Shown piece after piece: positions 52,113 through 64,000 of a stretch of 64,000 nucleotides of DNA (position 1 is the stretch's first letter; every line of letters starts with the position of its first letter). The notes below the pieces were generated by a model, which made no database searches, had not been told where the DNA came from, and saw nothing but the letters and a program-made list of their open reading frames with translations. The DNA is taken from positions 248,001-312,000 of the forward strand of contig NW_020846500.1 of NCBI RefSeq assembly GCF_003704095.1, in the 5' to 3' direction. Both the position numbers and the translations under genes were made by a program. The DNA is from Pocillopora damicornis. Lineage: Eukaryota.

Positions 52113-53075
52113 GAATAATTTGCATACCAATGATTATTATTAGTCCGACTTCGCTTTGAGGAAGCGATATATCGCCAGGCGATAACAGTATACCGGAAGT
52201 AACACGGTTTAAAATTTTATCTGACTGTAGTTACTGAGTTGTGGTAGACAAAGCTTGGCTATGTTTAGCTGGTTGTGTTCGGATTTCTCAAAGCAGTGCC
52301 AGGGGCAAAAGCTTCCTTCAGATCCATTTGCAGAATTAGCGTCAAACAACAATGTAGCACCAGTTCTTTCAAGCTAGTAAAAATGAGAATATTTTTTAAA
52401 TTATTTTGCGCTTGTTTTAGAAAATAATTGATAGACATCTTCTTGAGCTGGAATCAAGCTCCTTCATTTCAACTCAGCGACAAAATCTTCAAATTATGAC
52501 GCCGCCTGTCCGTCAAACTGCATGTTTACAATTTCAATAATCGCTCCAGGTAGATGATGAATTTTTAGTGAATGTTTCAACAGTACGAAGAGGAAAACAG
52601 ATCATCTTCTTTCCTTCTACATCGTAAACGAACCGCAAATTCGAACTGAGTCTAAGAGCATACTACCTAATTTTTAGCATTGATTCTTGTGGTTTGAGGC
52701 TGAAAGCATGCGTAACTCTCGCGTATCTGAAGGAGCTAAAATCCAATTATCATTAATATTTAATAGCAGTTTGCAGTGAAATATTCGCCTTCTTAGCTGG
52801 TGGCAAACACTCCTGTTAGCCTTTTCTTTGTGAAGACTGTGAAGCTGGTATACACAGAATATTGTCTTCATATGCAAACTATATTTTCCAAGTCATAAGC
52901 GGGTTAAATTCAGAAGAAGAAAAAAAAGGAAATTGGCTCTGTGTCTTCTTGTTTCTAATAAACCAAAAACATTTTAGGGTGCTAGTAGCTTATTCCATTT
53001 TGCTGCGAATTTCAATGCCAACAGCTACATCCATTAATCCATCATTTAACAGGTGAATTAAAAAGCAGATTTTAA

Positions 53076-54053
53076 TCAAGTGTTTTCTGAACTTTCTGCT
53101 CTTCCCAGAGCAGTTTCAGGCTTGACATACTTTCGTAATTTATTAAAAGTTGAGTCCAGGTTTTGTTCCACGCGTCGCAAATTATCCTCTAGCCTCTCCT
53201 GTTGCCGTCGAGCAAACCACTGAAAGTTTATTTCTTCTTTTTCTGTTGTGGGGGTTAATTCATAAAGTAAAGACCAGCTCGAAGTCCTTGGGATAGGAAA
53301 AGGCTCTTTAAAATTCCAAGACTTACTTCCATAATTTTTATTTCTGTCAAGAGAGCAGCTTGTGTTGGTTCTTTTGCTTTCAACGTTCCTTTTTTGCGTA
53401 TAATCTAATTCGGTGAGGCTGGTGCAACGACGAGGTTGCATGTCATACACGGTTAAATAATCGTCGTCATTCGAAAATATGTCGAAGGCACTCGAGCTTG
53501 GTGATACAACGTTTCTTCGCCTTTCGTGTGCTTTTTTCCTTATTTCGGTCTTTTTCCGATGATATTGCGAAGGCGCCGACGGCGATGAGGGGGTGGATTG
53601 TTCAGGTTCTGTAGTATCAACAACAATCGAGATGTTTATCGTTTCCTTTTCCGCTTCTTCCCTGTCACAAACTTCAGCTGCTTCTTCGGAATATTGTCGT
53701 CGTGTCCTCGATGAAAAAATACTCTTATTTCCCTGGACATATCTAGGGATTTTACTCGGCTTGGATTTATCAACTTCCCTACAAGTCTTGTAAACGGTAG
53801 GCAACCGGCTTTTTAAATTTTCATTCACCTTCTCCCGGCACGCGACTTTAGTATCTTCTCCATTTCCAATACGATGGTGACGTCTTAAATTCAGTAGCTC
53901 CTCTTGATCAAATAAACTAGGTGTATCTTTACCGGCTGGTACTACACTACCGTCTGTAATTTCAGTTGTGGCAGATGAATGTTTCAACCGCTGCAGAATC
54001 TTTTTCTTTTGAGCTCGAAGATTTGCTTCTCTCTCAATGGCCGTTGTGGTCAT
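53076..54053 (-). CDS. Intronless orphan protein (~325 aa), disordered with C-terminal coiled coil
   Basis: 978-nt ATG ORF. Ser/Thr/Lys/Arg-rich, SKIP motif, helical C-terminus FARRQQERLEDNLRRVEQNLDSTFNKLRKYV. Confidence 0.72.
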   Translation of the reverse strand: MTTTAIEREANLRAQKKKILQRLKHSSATTEITDGSVVPAGKDTPSLFDQEELLNLRRHHRIGNGEDTKVACREKVNENLKSRLPTVYKTCREVDKSKPSKIPRYVQGNKSIFSSRTRRQYSEEAAEVCDREEAEKETINISIVVDTTEPEQSTPSSPSAPSQYHRKKTEIRKKAHERRRNVVSPSSSAFDIFSNDDDYLTVYDMQPRRCTSLTELDYTQKRNVESKRTNTSCSLDRNKNYGSKSWNFKEPFPIPRTSSWSLLYELTPTTEKEEINFQWFARRQQERLEDNLRRVEQNLDSTFNKLRKYVKPETALGRAESSENT

Positions 54054-55593
54054 TTCCTGAGAATTTTGCTTTTGCGGTGACAAAACTGGGTCTGTATCCT
54101 CTTAGAACTGACTTGTTAATTTTAATTTTCATCTGGAGAGGATGAGTGACAGGTCTTTGATCGTATTGTCAAGTATGGAAATGGGTGCTTCGAAAAACAC
54201 CATACATGCGTCAGAATACAGAACAAATATGCCATCCATGCTGATATTAAATATATAAACTTTTCATTCATACATCAAAAGCTCTAGATAATTCTAAGCC
54301 CCAAACAGATAAGGCAAAGATAAATTAAAGAATATAAATTTATTTACAATGAACTCATCAAAAATTCGGATATTTATTCCTGGACGTGACAAAAGGCAAT
54401 ATCAAGGAATTTTGCTTCCTTCAAAGCTGTTAACTGCTATACGGCTTCCTTTATTAAAGCTTTTAACTTGTTCGGGCAACCGCAACAATCCGCGAATTGA
54501 TTGAAGCAACCGCGAATTTCCGAATACAATTAACTGTGTTACGTTTAATTTTTAATTTGCTTCAAATGAAAGACGGTTGGAAACAAATTCAAATTTTGTT
54601 AAAATGCAATTTAAATTCGAAAGTAAAGATAAACCGCAACAGTATGTCCGAGTTTCCATGGAAATGCAGTGAATTATGAATTCTGATAAAACTAACAAAG
54701 CAAAGCGCACGTTTGTAATGTCTCGTTACTGAAAACATTATTCTTTTACTCGAATACCCGAGGAAAAAAAACACTCATTAGGATACGTAGTTATGCTCCA
54801 GAAACGTTTGTTCTTTATCTAACCCGTTTTTGGCCTTTCAAACAGCATAGGGCAATTGAAAGCTGTTTCTCGCATATTCCGTTACTTTTCTGAATGACGC
54901 AGTTAGGCAGCATTTGTGTCAGTTGGTAACGTCACAACTAAATACCTGCTTCCACGCGATCCCGTCAGCGCCTATGCTAAGGGCTATGATATTTTTGCTT
55001 TTGAGACGAACTATGACTGCAATGTGCTAAAGTTAAGGCGAGAGTCTGACAAAGCTTCCATCGGTCTTGACGTTGTGCAAAATCAAGAAAAAAATGATGG
55101 GACATCGCTTACTCTTCTTCCCCTATTTTCTCTTGGCAAAGCACGTTCTTTCCGTCTGTAAAAGGGAAAAAAGTTGCTTTTTGAATCTACAAGCTTATTT
55201 ATAGAAATCGGTGAACTGAAAGGATGATGCAATTTTCAAACACTGAATAGAATTTTTGAATAGAAAATGAGTTCAGCACATTATTGACAAGTCTTTACAA
55301 AAAGCTAAAAGGAGTCTTTTCCCACGTATCTTAACAAGAAAAAATGAGATACTGATTAATTTTTTTGTTCTCTTTTTGGGTAATTGCTGCCTTTTTAATT
55401 CTTTCAATTTTTCCTTCTTTCATTTCTCGGCTTTTAGACGAAAAAGCGAAGAAGAAAGCGTCGGCAAAGTTTAAATTTTCACAGTGAATTTTGAGTAAAA
55501 ACCAGTCAATGCAGATGAAATATAATTCCAGTAATCCAATTTACCTGTTTCAACGGGTCGCTGATCTGCAACGAGTATTGTTATCAACGAAGC

Positions 55594-55876
55594 AACCCAT
55601 GAGTGACCAAGACAGAATTTCTCCTCACAATATCAATACAATATCAAGCAGACAAGTGATGAGAAAAGAGAAAAATATCAATTACAATTCTCCTTTCTGT
55701 CTGCCATACAATTCTCAAGGCACTACTTCAGAGAATTTTGTATTTTATCAACCGATAATCCACTAACTTATGTTTTTAGTTATTCCCTTCAATGGACTTC
55801 ACTTGTCAGCTTGATTTTGTGTTGATGTTGTAAGGAGAAATTCTCTCTTGGTCATTCACGGGAGATAAAGAGTTAA
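55594..55876. mobile_element. Composite piggyBac-like MITE, same family
   Basis: CCCATGAGTGACCAAGACAGAATTTCTCCT..AGGAGAAATTCTCTCTTGGTCATTCACGGGAGATAAAGAGTTAA. Confidence 0.6.
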
Positions 55877-58204
55877 GCAAGGCATCTAAGGCAAACAGTG
55901 AGCTTCTCAGGATAATTCTCAAATCAGCCCTGAAGAGAAATAGCTAAGAATCTCTTGCTCACAGCCACAAAAATAATCCCGTTTTTATACGCAAACAACA
56001 GAAAGCAGACAATGAGAATTCCACCTTTTACCTTTGGCCGTTGGCTATAAATATGATGCTTATCTTTTCTACTATCACTCCAGCACAATTATTTGACGTG
56101 AGACTTATACGGCTGCGTAGTGATAAAAAGGTCAGCGAATGAAGGAAAATTATCTTCATTGGAAAAATTTCCATACAACAATGAAGTTAATCTGTCTACA
56201 CGACATCGGGGTTTTAGAAGGTTTAACACATAAAAATTTTAAGTTCAACGGATACTTTCACTTAATCTTCAATGCTTGACATAATATAGCTCATGAAACA
56301 AAAGATGATGGCTTGGCTGAACAGTTAAATATCTTAATCCCGAAAATAATCTTCTATTCAATAGACATGGTATTACCTTCCTAATTACGGCATATAAACA
56401 TTAAAAGCCAGGAATAAAAAGATTATTTTTAAAGGTGTTTTGTACATTTGTCACTTTTTATTAGTTCAAAACTTATTCCCGAATTAAGCGAAGAGCCTTC
56501 GTTTAATTTGCACGTTGCTTTCGACTCCGTCATGAGTTGACCTGAAAAGACTGTTGTAAGAAAACCGATAGTGAAATCAAAAGTGGGACGTTTTTGTATT
56601 TCACTTGTTTTTTTTTTTTAGCAAAAAGGCACTTTTCATTTCTCGGATTATCTTCCAAGGGGATTAATTAACACGACTCGTCGTCTCGAGAAACTTGTTA
56701 AGTCCATTGCGCGCACGAAACGTGCACGAATCCTGGTTAATCTCCGGTTGGTTTGTAAATCTCCGGCTAGGTGGAATACGTCCCGGGTGGGTGCTGTTTA
56801 ATCTCACGGGTAACCTATAACATAGGGAAACGCCGATGGGAAGTACTCCTGCAAAACGATATGTTTTACTCTTTGCCTTTCTTTGTAAAATCGCACGGAC
56901 AGGTTATTGTTTTTGGGCGAGTGCGGGCAGGGGCTAGCCTCGCACGCAGTTCCCCCGGTCCGCATCTGGCCAATATCTCCTTATTTTTCGCTTTTTATCC
57001 TTGATGGGCCATTCGCTTTTTTTCCGTCCAGCGTTGAATGCGTTTCCTGATATTGGGTCGGTCGGTCGGATTGAAAAAGGAAACCTAAAAAAAAAAAATA
57101 CACAGGAATTCTCTGGATAGGAAGCCTGGTACCCCAGCATTATTGCTGTGGAGCCCGGAGACATAACCCAGAATCGATAAGGCGGGAACGTTGGTTGATG
57201 TTATTGTAAAATTAGGACAACGTGGGAGAAGGATCAACCACCGAAACTCCTATGCGACATACCAGCATCCCTCACTTTCCAGTAACTGCTTGAAAAGGAA
57301 GTCCTGGATATATCAAACATTGCGGCGTTAAAAAGTAAGTATTTACGTACTTGGATTGACAAAACGCACAATATACTATAAAAAAATGTTCCAGTTTTTG
57401 TTCCTGTTTTTCTCTATGCTGTTACTATGCTCGTCCTTCAGATTAAAAGAATCATTTAAAGTGAAAAATAGTTAAACAACGTCGTTATTTTTTTTTATTT
57501 TTTTTTTTTTGAAAATGCCAAAAATTTGGGTCGGTCAGACGACAATAAACGGTGAAAAAAAAGAGGATCGCCATATTCACGTAACAAATTCTGCTTGATC
57601 AACAGCCACCTTGTAATATGCTTTTGCGGGTGACAAAGGAATTATACGTGAAGCGTGACTAAGGCCAAAATCAATATATGAAGCGTGAATTTTACAGAAG
57701 GCAAGCGCGATTCTCAAATTCATGAACCAGCGTGAGGCGTGACATACCTCCTGAAATATACGAGACCCGTGAAGTTTTTCTTTCAGTTCGTGAAAGCCTT
57801 AATATTTTCCCGAAACTTATATTCAAGAACAGAGATTTGGATTTCCCCTCCCTTTTTGTTACCCTCCCTTTTATGCCTTTTCAAGAATTTTCTTCAGTGA
57901 ATTTTCCAACTAATCAAAATCAACAGATTCTTTGCCCTTACATCACGAGGCTTTCAGTTTTTCCTCAAAGTATGGGCATGGTAGTCACTTTCATCAGCTA
58001 ATCACGTGCAAGAATTTTCGTGACGTATTACAAACTTTTCGCCATTTCACCTTGCGTTTGGTGCAATATTTTTTTAAGGAATGATGTGAAATCTCTGATT
58101 TTCTTTAATGATGAAGTGTTTTAAGCTTAGCCGCTTCTTCGAAGGTTCATGTTATTAGCGGGATGCCGTGTTTGTTATTCTGAAGAAAGCTTGGAACGAA
58201 TACG

Positions 58205-58333
58205 GCGGTGCTGGGTTGGTGTGGGGTGTAACAAGGTAATTTGGTTTTATCAACTGAGTTGATAATGAAAACTGGCCACCAAAGAGAGTTTGCAAAGCTG
58301 ACATTTTGAGCGATAGCCTTTTGTCAGAGCAAT
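58205..58333 (-). mobile_element. Same family, copy E (degenerate HHR)
   Basis: GGTAATTTGGTTTTATCAACTGAGTTG..GGCCACC..AGCTGACATTTTGAGCGATAGCCTTTTGTCAGAGC. Confidence 0.7.
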
Positions 58334-59270
58334 TAGAAGAATCATGAGTTTTGTGGGGTTTATTTACAGAAAGATGGAATTTCTCCATAGGTGGGAACTA
58401 GAAATGATTAGGCCGGTAACTGGAAGTTATTTTCAAATTCTAGCAAACTTTTTCAAATTAAACCCACCTGAATGTTTGCAAAATTGAAGTCCGGCAATGG
58501 AATGAACACATTTGACTGTTTAAAAATGTTAATGTTTTGCTGGCTTGAGAGAAGAAAAGTCTTCTGCTAACACAGTATGTTCAAAACCAAGCTTCTGTGA
58601 ATATTATCCTCTCTAGCTTAAACCTCACAACTCTTTCAGACCCGACAACAGTGGAAAGAGCATTGGAGCAGCCAGTTTTATTTACTTCAACTATAGACTA
58701 CGAAAACTTTACGCTTAATTTGGCTGTGGTATATTTTTTTTTACTGATATATCTTTTAAACTAATTACAAAACGAATGGGATGATAACTAGCCTACAAAT
58801 TGAAAATGATAACAAATAGATTGCAGATTTTCTTTTTTTTGTCAAAGCGGACTATCAAAAGAAGAAATAATAAGACGAAAGGCGAAAGACGGGATGAAGA
58901 AATTGTGTTGTGAACGAAAAACCGTTGTTGGAAGTTATATTCCTGCTTTTAGCTGCGGCTAGTTATGCGTTTGTTATTTTTCACCTGTCCTGAATTTAAC
59001 CCTAAAACGTAACCCAGCCTGCAGAGTTATTAGGTAGAACGCGACAAGATCTCACGCCCTTGCAATGCAACGATTCTACCATCAACGTTTTAAAAAGAAT
59101 TCGTGCGTGCACCTGCCATACTTCGCAGACTGGTCCAGAACCAAAGCCCCCCGCCATTATGGCAATTTCAAATCAAGATCTTCGGCGAGCTATTTACAAT
59201 TACCAGATTCGGTTACATTAATGGTTTGCAATTTAAAAAGCGTGCTTCTACCAATTAGTCAGAACCCAAT

Positions 59271-60167
59271 TTAAGACGAGAGATTCTTTGGGTTGGGTTC
59301 TTTTTCATTCTCATCACATATTCTTGACACAGCATCTCGTGTTCCTAAAAGCGGTAACCGAAAGGAACCCATTCTTGAGTTCTTATCTTCTAACAGCGGT
59401 AGTACAGGAGGTCTGAATGACTTGAAAGGTTCAATGAAGCCGGGGACAGCCAGTCTGTTCGGCGGTTCTGGCGCAGATAATGCCGATATATGAAGATGAC
59501 CAGATTCCAGACGAGCAGCTGATTCTATCTTAGGAAGTTTTAAACTCGCTTTATCATTGAACTCATCTTCCGCCTGAGATAAGACTAGGGCTGGGACATC
59601 AAACTCCTTCTTCCTCCCTGAAAATTCTCCGACAGAATACTGTCCAATCTCTGTCGAAGGACAGTTACTGTATTTACCTTCTACCAGAGGCGGTAAAGCT
59701 GATGTCCTTGTTGGCTTTGACTTCTTCTCCTCACTCTGCTGATTTTTAAACTTTGTCTGTGAAAGTAAATTGTTCCTCTCCTCAATTGTACCATTCATTG
59801 TTGCACTATATTCCGTTTCATAGTTCAAGCACCCTGCGGTGGACGAAAATGAGCCCAAACTTTCGATTACGTAACTCTTTTCCCCATTCATGTCGTTGCT
59901 AATGACAGGAAAACTTAGTTGTCGTTTCGGGCGCAAAGGTAATGCAACTTCGCTGAAGAACTCAAGACAACGTTCTTCCCAGGCCGTCAGTTTATGGAAC
60001 TGATACAATTTTTGATCGAAATTATCAGCCAAGTCTCCGAATGCCTCGAAGTTTCTGTCTTCGCTGTTTGTTGCGCCATCGTTTTCCCATTGTGTATCAA
60101 ACACTAATGGTTCTGCGATGGAATTCTTGTTCACAACCAAGTGCTTACCAATATCTCTCTTCTCCAT
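59271..60167 (-). CDS. Intronless orphan protein (~298 aa) with repeated LPx[L/I] motifs
   Basis: 897-nt ATG ORF with LPPL, LPKI and LPLL (x2). A short same-frame uORF lies at 60230-60189. Confidence 0.72.
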   Translation of the reverse strand: MEKRDIGKHLVVNKNSIAEPLVFDTQWENDGATNSEDRNFEAFGDLADNFDQKLYQFHKLTAWEERCLEFFSEVALPLRPKRQLSFPVISNDMNGEKSYVIESLGSFSSTAGCLNYETEYSATMNGTIEERNNLLSQTKFKNQQSEEKKSKPTRTSALPPLVEGKYSNCPSTEIGQYSVGEFSGRKKEFDVPALVLSQAEDEFNDKASLKLPKIESAARLESGHLHISALSAPEPPNRLAVPGFIEPFKSFRPPVLPLLEDKNSRMGSFRLPLLGTRDAVSRICDENEKEPNPKNLSS

Positions 60168-63100
60168 AAACACGCAAAACAGTATGTCTCATTCTTTGAA
60201 AAACTTAGTGGCGCTTGTGGCTGACAACATAACGAAAGCAGTCACAAAACTAAATCACGGTAGTATCAGAAAGTATCGTCTTATTCTCTTGTAGGCGCAA
60301 TATATCTGCAACGGTAACCAGCATTTAGTAGTGCCCGCGTATCCTGATAATCCTGTAGTGCGGTCAGTTTAAGGACACAAATTATCACTGACGCAACTTT
60401 GACGGTGTCTACAGATGTTACAACATTTCGCCATCCTACACTAAAAACCCCAGAAAACGTTTTAGAGATAAATGCTTTGGGAACTCCTCCAGAGTGTTGG
60501 TTCAAACAAACGCTTATCAGCTCATTGCATATTATTTATTACTTTGTCGGTCCGATATCTAGACATATCAAGCACGGTTGAGACCAAAATAAATGTGATG
60601 TTGATACCACAACGCTCAATATCCTGCTTGTCAACCTTCGTCCGCACATTGACAAATTCATATTCCAGCAAAGGAGCTTTTGATGTTAATTATCATAGCA
60701 AAAATATTTTATTTGTTCTCATTATATGGCCGCTTAGGCACAATGGTGATTTGAGAACGATTTCAAGTTCAACCTGAATTATTTATCAGTTCTAGTCGTA
60801 CATTTTTTGTTTTCTAACTAATTTCCCGTCTTGATTCGTCCCATGCGTCAAAAGGAGTTGCGTTTCCCCTCATTAAATCTATTTTTTACATGAATCCTTT
60901 TGTTATTTTCAGCCAGTGTTTTGAGCATGTACCAAATCATGTCGAAGTATTAAGGCTGCTTCAGAAGTTTACTTTTCCTTTATCAACTATTTCCTATCTT
61001 TTACGGAATAATGAGTAATTCTTATCTGCGTTTTCTTTCCTCTTTTTAGCTCTCCTCTTTTAAGAGGTTGGTAATTTAATTTCAAAAGATACTTGGGATT
61101 CTCTCCTGGATTTCTCTCCCTGTTATGAATTCAGTTGCGGAGCTTTGGAAAACTATCTCGCTCTTTTATCACAAAAACATTAGTGAAATTCAGACTTCAT
61201 CGGAAAAGATGGTTAATAACCCCCTACCTTCCCCGCCCCCTCACAAAAAAAATTCAACGACAAACATCACGAACAGTCTTCTATATCTGTGCCCGGAAAT
61301 TCTGAGAAATTTGTCCGAAAATTTATCAAAAAAAGTTCTTGTTATCTCTGAAATCCCTTTTAAGTATGTTTTATTCTTGTTTTGAAGATAAATCGATTCT
61401 TCATCACTTAAGCCAAATTTTTCTTCGTGGGAGAATAAGATAGAAAAACGATTTTCTATACTTGTAAAAATACTGTAAAAATAAGAAAATCACAGACAAG
61501 TTTCAAAACAACATATTCCTAATTTGTCAATAGTTTATTCATATCTGGGAAAGTTCTAAATATTCCCAAAAGTATCCAGATATTTGTGAAAAAGTGTGAA
61601 AGAAAGTTCCAAATGATTTACCCCACATTAAAGGTGGAACCAAAAACGGTGTCAATTTGCAGGAAAGGTTAGGGGCTCTGCAGAGACCTAAGTCCTATAT
61701 CTAACCACAGTTCCCCCACGAGAACCCCCACGGGACCCTTTTTCACCGACTGTTTGATAGTTCAATACTACTACTGTTTTTTCCTGTGTTCCCTAAAAGT
61801 CGTGTTCAATGAAATACAATTTACATTTATTCTCAATATCTATAATGTATTGACTTTTCCGATGGCAAAATTACTGCTTCCTATAGCCATGATGTCAGCT
61901 CTATATTACTGTAACTCAAACACTAGAGGGTGGGTAACCCCAGTTTTTTTATTGCTTAATATTAAGCAGATTAAGGTTCATCTTCTAGAAAATGTTTTTA
62001 CTGAAGACCCTAAAGTTGTGCTGAACTGTAGGTACAGATCAAAATGAAAGAAAAACAACTTTATATTTGAATATCTGAAAAAGTGCATCCGATTGTTATG
62101 AGATCATACGTTACCATATGGCATAATTTAAAACTTGCTAACTTATCAATAATGGTAATAGGACAGAGTCGAGTCCAATTTGGTCTGTAATCAGACGAGT
62201 GATTTCAATCATTGTCAATCACGAGTATGATTGAACAGACGCTAAGTCCTGTAACCAATCAATCATAACCATTACAATTTCGGAAAAAAAACAGATACAT
62301 TTATTTGAGAAAATATCTCCCGTAGAGGCATTGTCTAAAGTAAAAAATCCCTCCATTTTGGAAATTCCCCGATTTTTTTGTCAATTCTGTGATTGGTGGA
62401 TTTTACTGAGTGGACCTATTGCAATTGGCTGCCTTTACCGTCTGATTGCAGGTGTCCGATTACAGCCAACTGTGCGATTACACTGTCTCACAATAACTCT
62501 ACAAAATAATTAGGGAAATACAAAGCAGCTAATGCATCAATCACATTTGAGGACATTGAAATGGTTATGATACGAGCAATTTTCAACTGTGTCGAAAGTA
62601 ATCGGATATTGCGTTGGTTTTACTTTTCTCCGCTCTGTGGTTGGTCCAGAGAATTCATGCCACTTTTTTTCAACCAATCAGATCCATGTTTAAAACCAAT
62701 CATGACTTAGTCGTTCGCGCTTTAGAAAGTTTGGCTACTCACACTTTGAGATTTAAGTGGCTGTTTAGAGTATTTCCTTTCTCCTGATTGGCCAATGGGA
62801 TTATTTTGGTTTTGGTTTTACGTCACTCAATCGAAAAGCACACCTATTATTGTAATTTTTTAACGAAGCAGTTCTGCTTTAATCTAATGTACTCTATAGT
62901 CTGCCAACATGGATATGATCCACTTTATATGGGTTTTACCGTGAATTTAGAGCTTCTTAGAGACATGACTTCAGTGTTCAGCCAGAGTCTTGTTTGCTGG
63001 GTTTTTTCTAGTCTTCTAAAACCGCCTCATCCACTCGCCATGCATTTCGACTTGATATCAGGATTGTTCTCACTGGTAAAGCTTTCAACGGCTGAGAGAT

Positions 63101-63262
63101 CTTCAAAATAAACACCGGTCATACCAAGGTGAACTGTCTGTTCTCATTATCAGTGAGGTCGCTCTGTCAAGAAAATGCATCAATTAACAACAATTACTTG
63201 TTCCATTTTAACACTAGCGTAGAGAAGTATCTTCCTCTCTGTTGTTTGTAGATTTTTGAAAT

Positions 63263-63486
63263 GGGAAATTTGGTTTTATCAACTGGGTTGGTAATTTGGC
63301 CACCGTAAAGAGTTCTAAAGCAGACGCTTTGAGTATTAGCCCTACTCAGACAAACGGCTAACGTTTTGGAAACTCGTTCGCTAATTTACATTATCAAGTG
63401 AACTGTTAACTCAGTTGATAAAACCGAATTATCTTATCATACCCCCAGCGACGCAGCATCACAGTTTCTTAAAAACTTACCCCTTT
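63263..63486 (+). mobile_element. Same family, copy F (palindromic, degenerate)
   Basis: Arms GGTTTTATCAACTG / CAGTTGATAAAACC and tail CGACGCAGCATCACAGTTTCTTAAAAACTTACCCC. Confidence 0.7.
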
Positions 63487-64000
63487 TTAATATGTGAAGC
63501 TATGCAGAGTATGTCACTCGAAACATTTTCAAAGGAACGACTCAAGTTGGTGCGGAGCAAGTAAACTTTTATATGTTTTGTTTGTTCTAGGTTTGGTTTT
63601 TTTGTTTTTTCTTTCCGTTTATTTTTTCTTACACCTCTTTCACATTAAACTCCTGGGTGCTCTCGCAAAACCTCGTCATTCGAGGTTTTGTTGAAATGTT
63701 TTGACAGGTTCTCTTCTTCGAATCAGTTCAGATTAGCATGTTGCGATTTAATGCGGCAATCTCATCATTGCAAGTGTTCGTTGGCTGTACGATTGTAGTC
63801 TAAATATGTTATTCGTTTTCTTTTCTTTTTTATGTAAAGAAACGAAGTAAAAGAAACCTTCCAAAGTGTCATTTGTTTGAAAAAGTGCATATCAACAGTT
63901 CATAATACATTTTTGCTTGTAAAGATTTTATTGTTAAATCCTTTAACATATGTCTATCGCGTACAATTCTTCTTCGTTCATTCATCCAAAGTTAATCTTT

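Noticed and set aside
52230-52670. Protein-like - strand translation with several stops (..GAIIEIVNMQFDGQ..)
   Set aside because: No recognisable homology; cannot be distinguished from chance without tBLASTx.
60900-61475. Possible decayed - strand exons (IFTSIENRFSILFSHEEKFG..)
   Set aside because: Multiple stops, no convincing donor and no identifiable family.
1-64000. tRNA, rRNA, CRISPR, autonomous transposase or RT genes
   Set aside because: No supporting motifs seen; only non-autonomous elements are present.

Overview
AT-rich, intron-rich animal DNA; the repeat families and gene style suggest a stony coral (inference). It holds two conserved multi-exon + strand genes, both assembled here by hand: GOLGA2/GM130 (8197-33562, 36 coding exons, ~1180 aa) and SUCO (36743-47550, 9 coding exons, ~1408 aa). 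There is a ~3.8-4 kb tandem duplication of an orphan gene at 0.2-7.6 kb, where copy 1 may be intact via an 'intronised' segment and copy 2 looks pseudogenic. Three intronless orphan ORFs lie on the - strand (49, 53, 59 kb) and share LPx[I/L/V] motifs. Many MITEs are present (piggyBac-, Kolobok-, Academ-, Tc1/pogo- and hAT-like). The most notable signal is six copies of a short Penelope-type retro-repeat carrying a minimal hammerhead ribozyme. Two copies have intact cores, two have ~14-15 bp target-site duplications, and three have copy-specific inverted arms. Also notable are four consecutive 75-nt symmetric exons in GM130 and a golgin-45-like CxxC GRASP-binding tail on GM130. All coordinates were read by eye and repeat boundaries are approximate.
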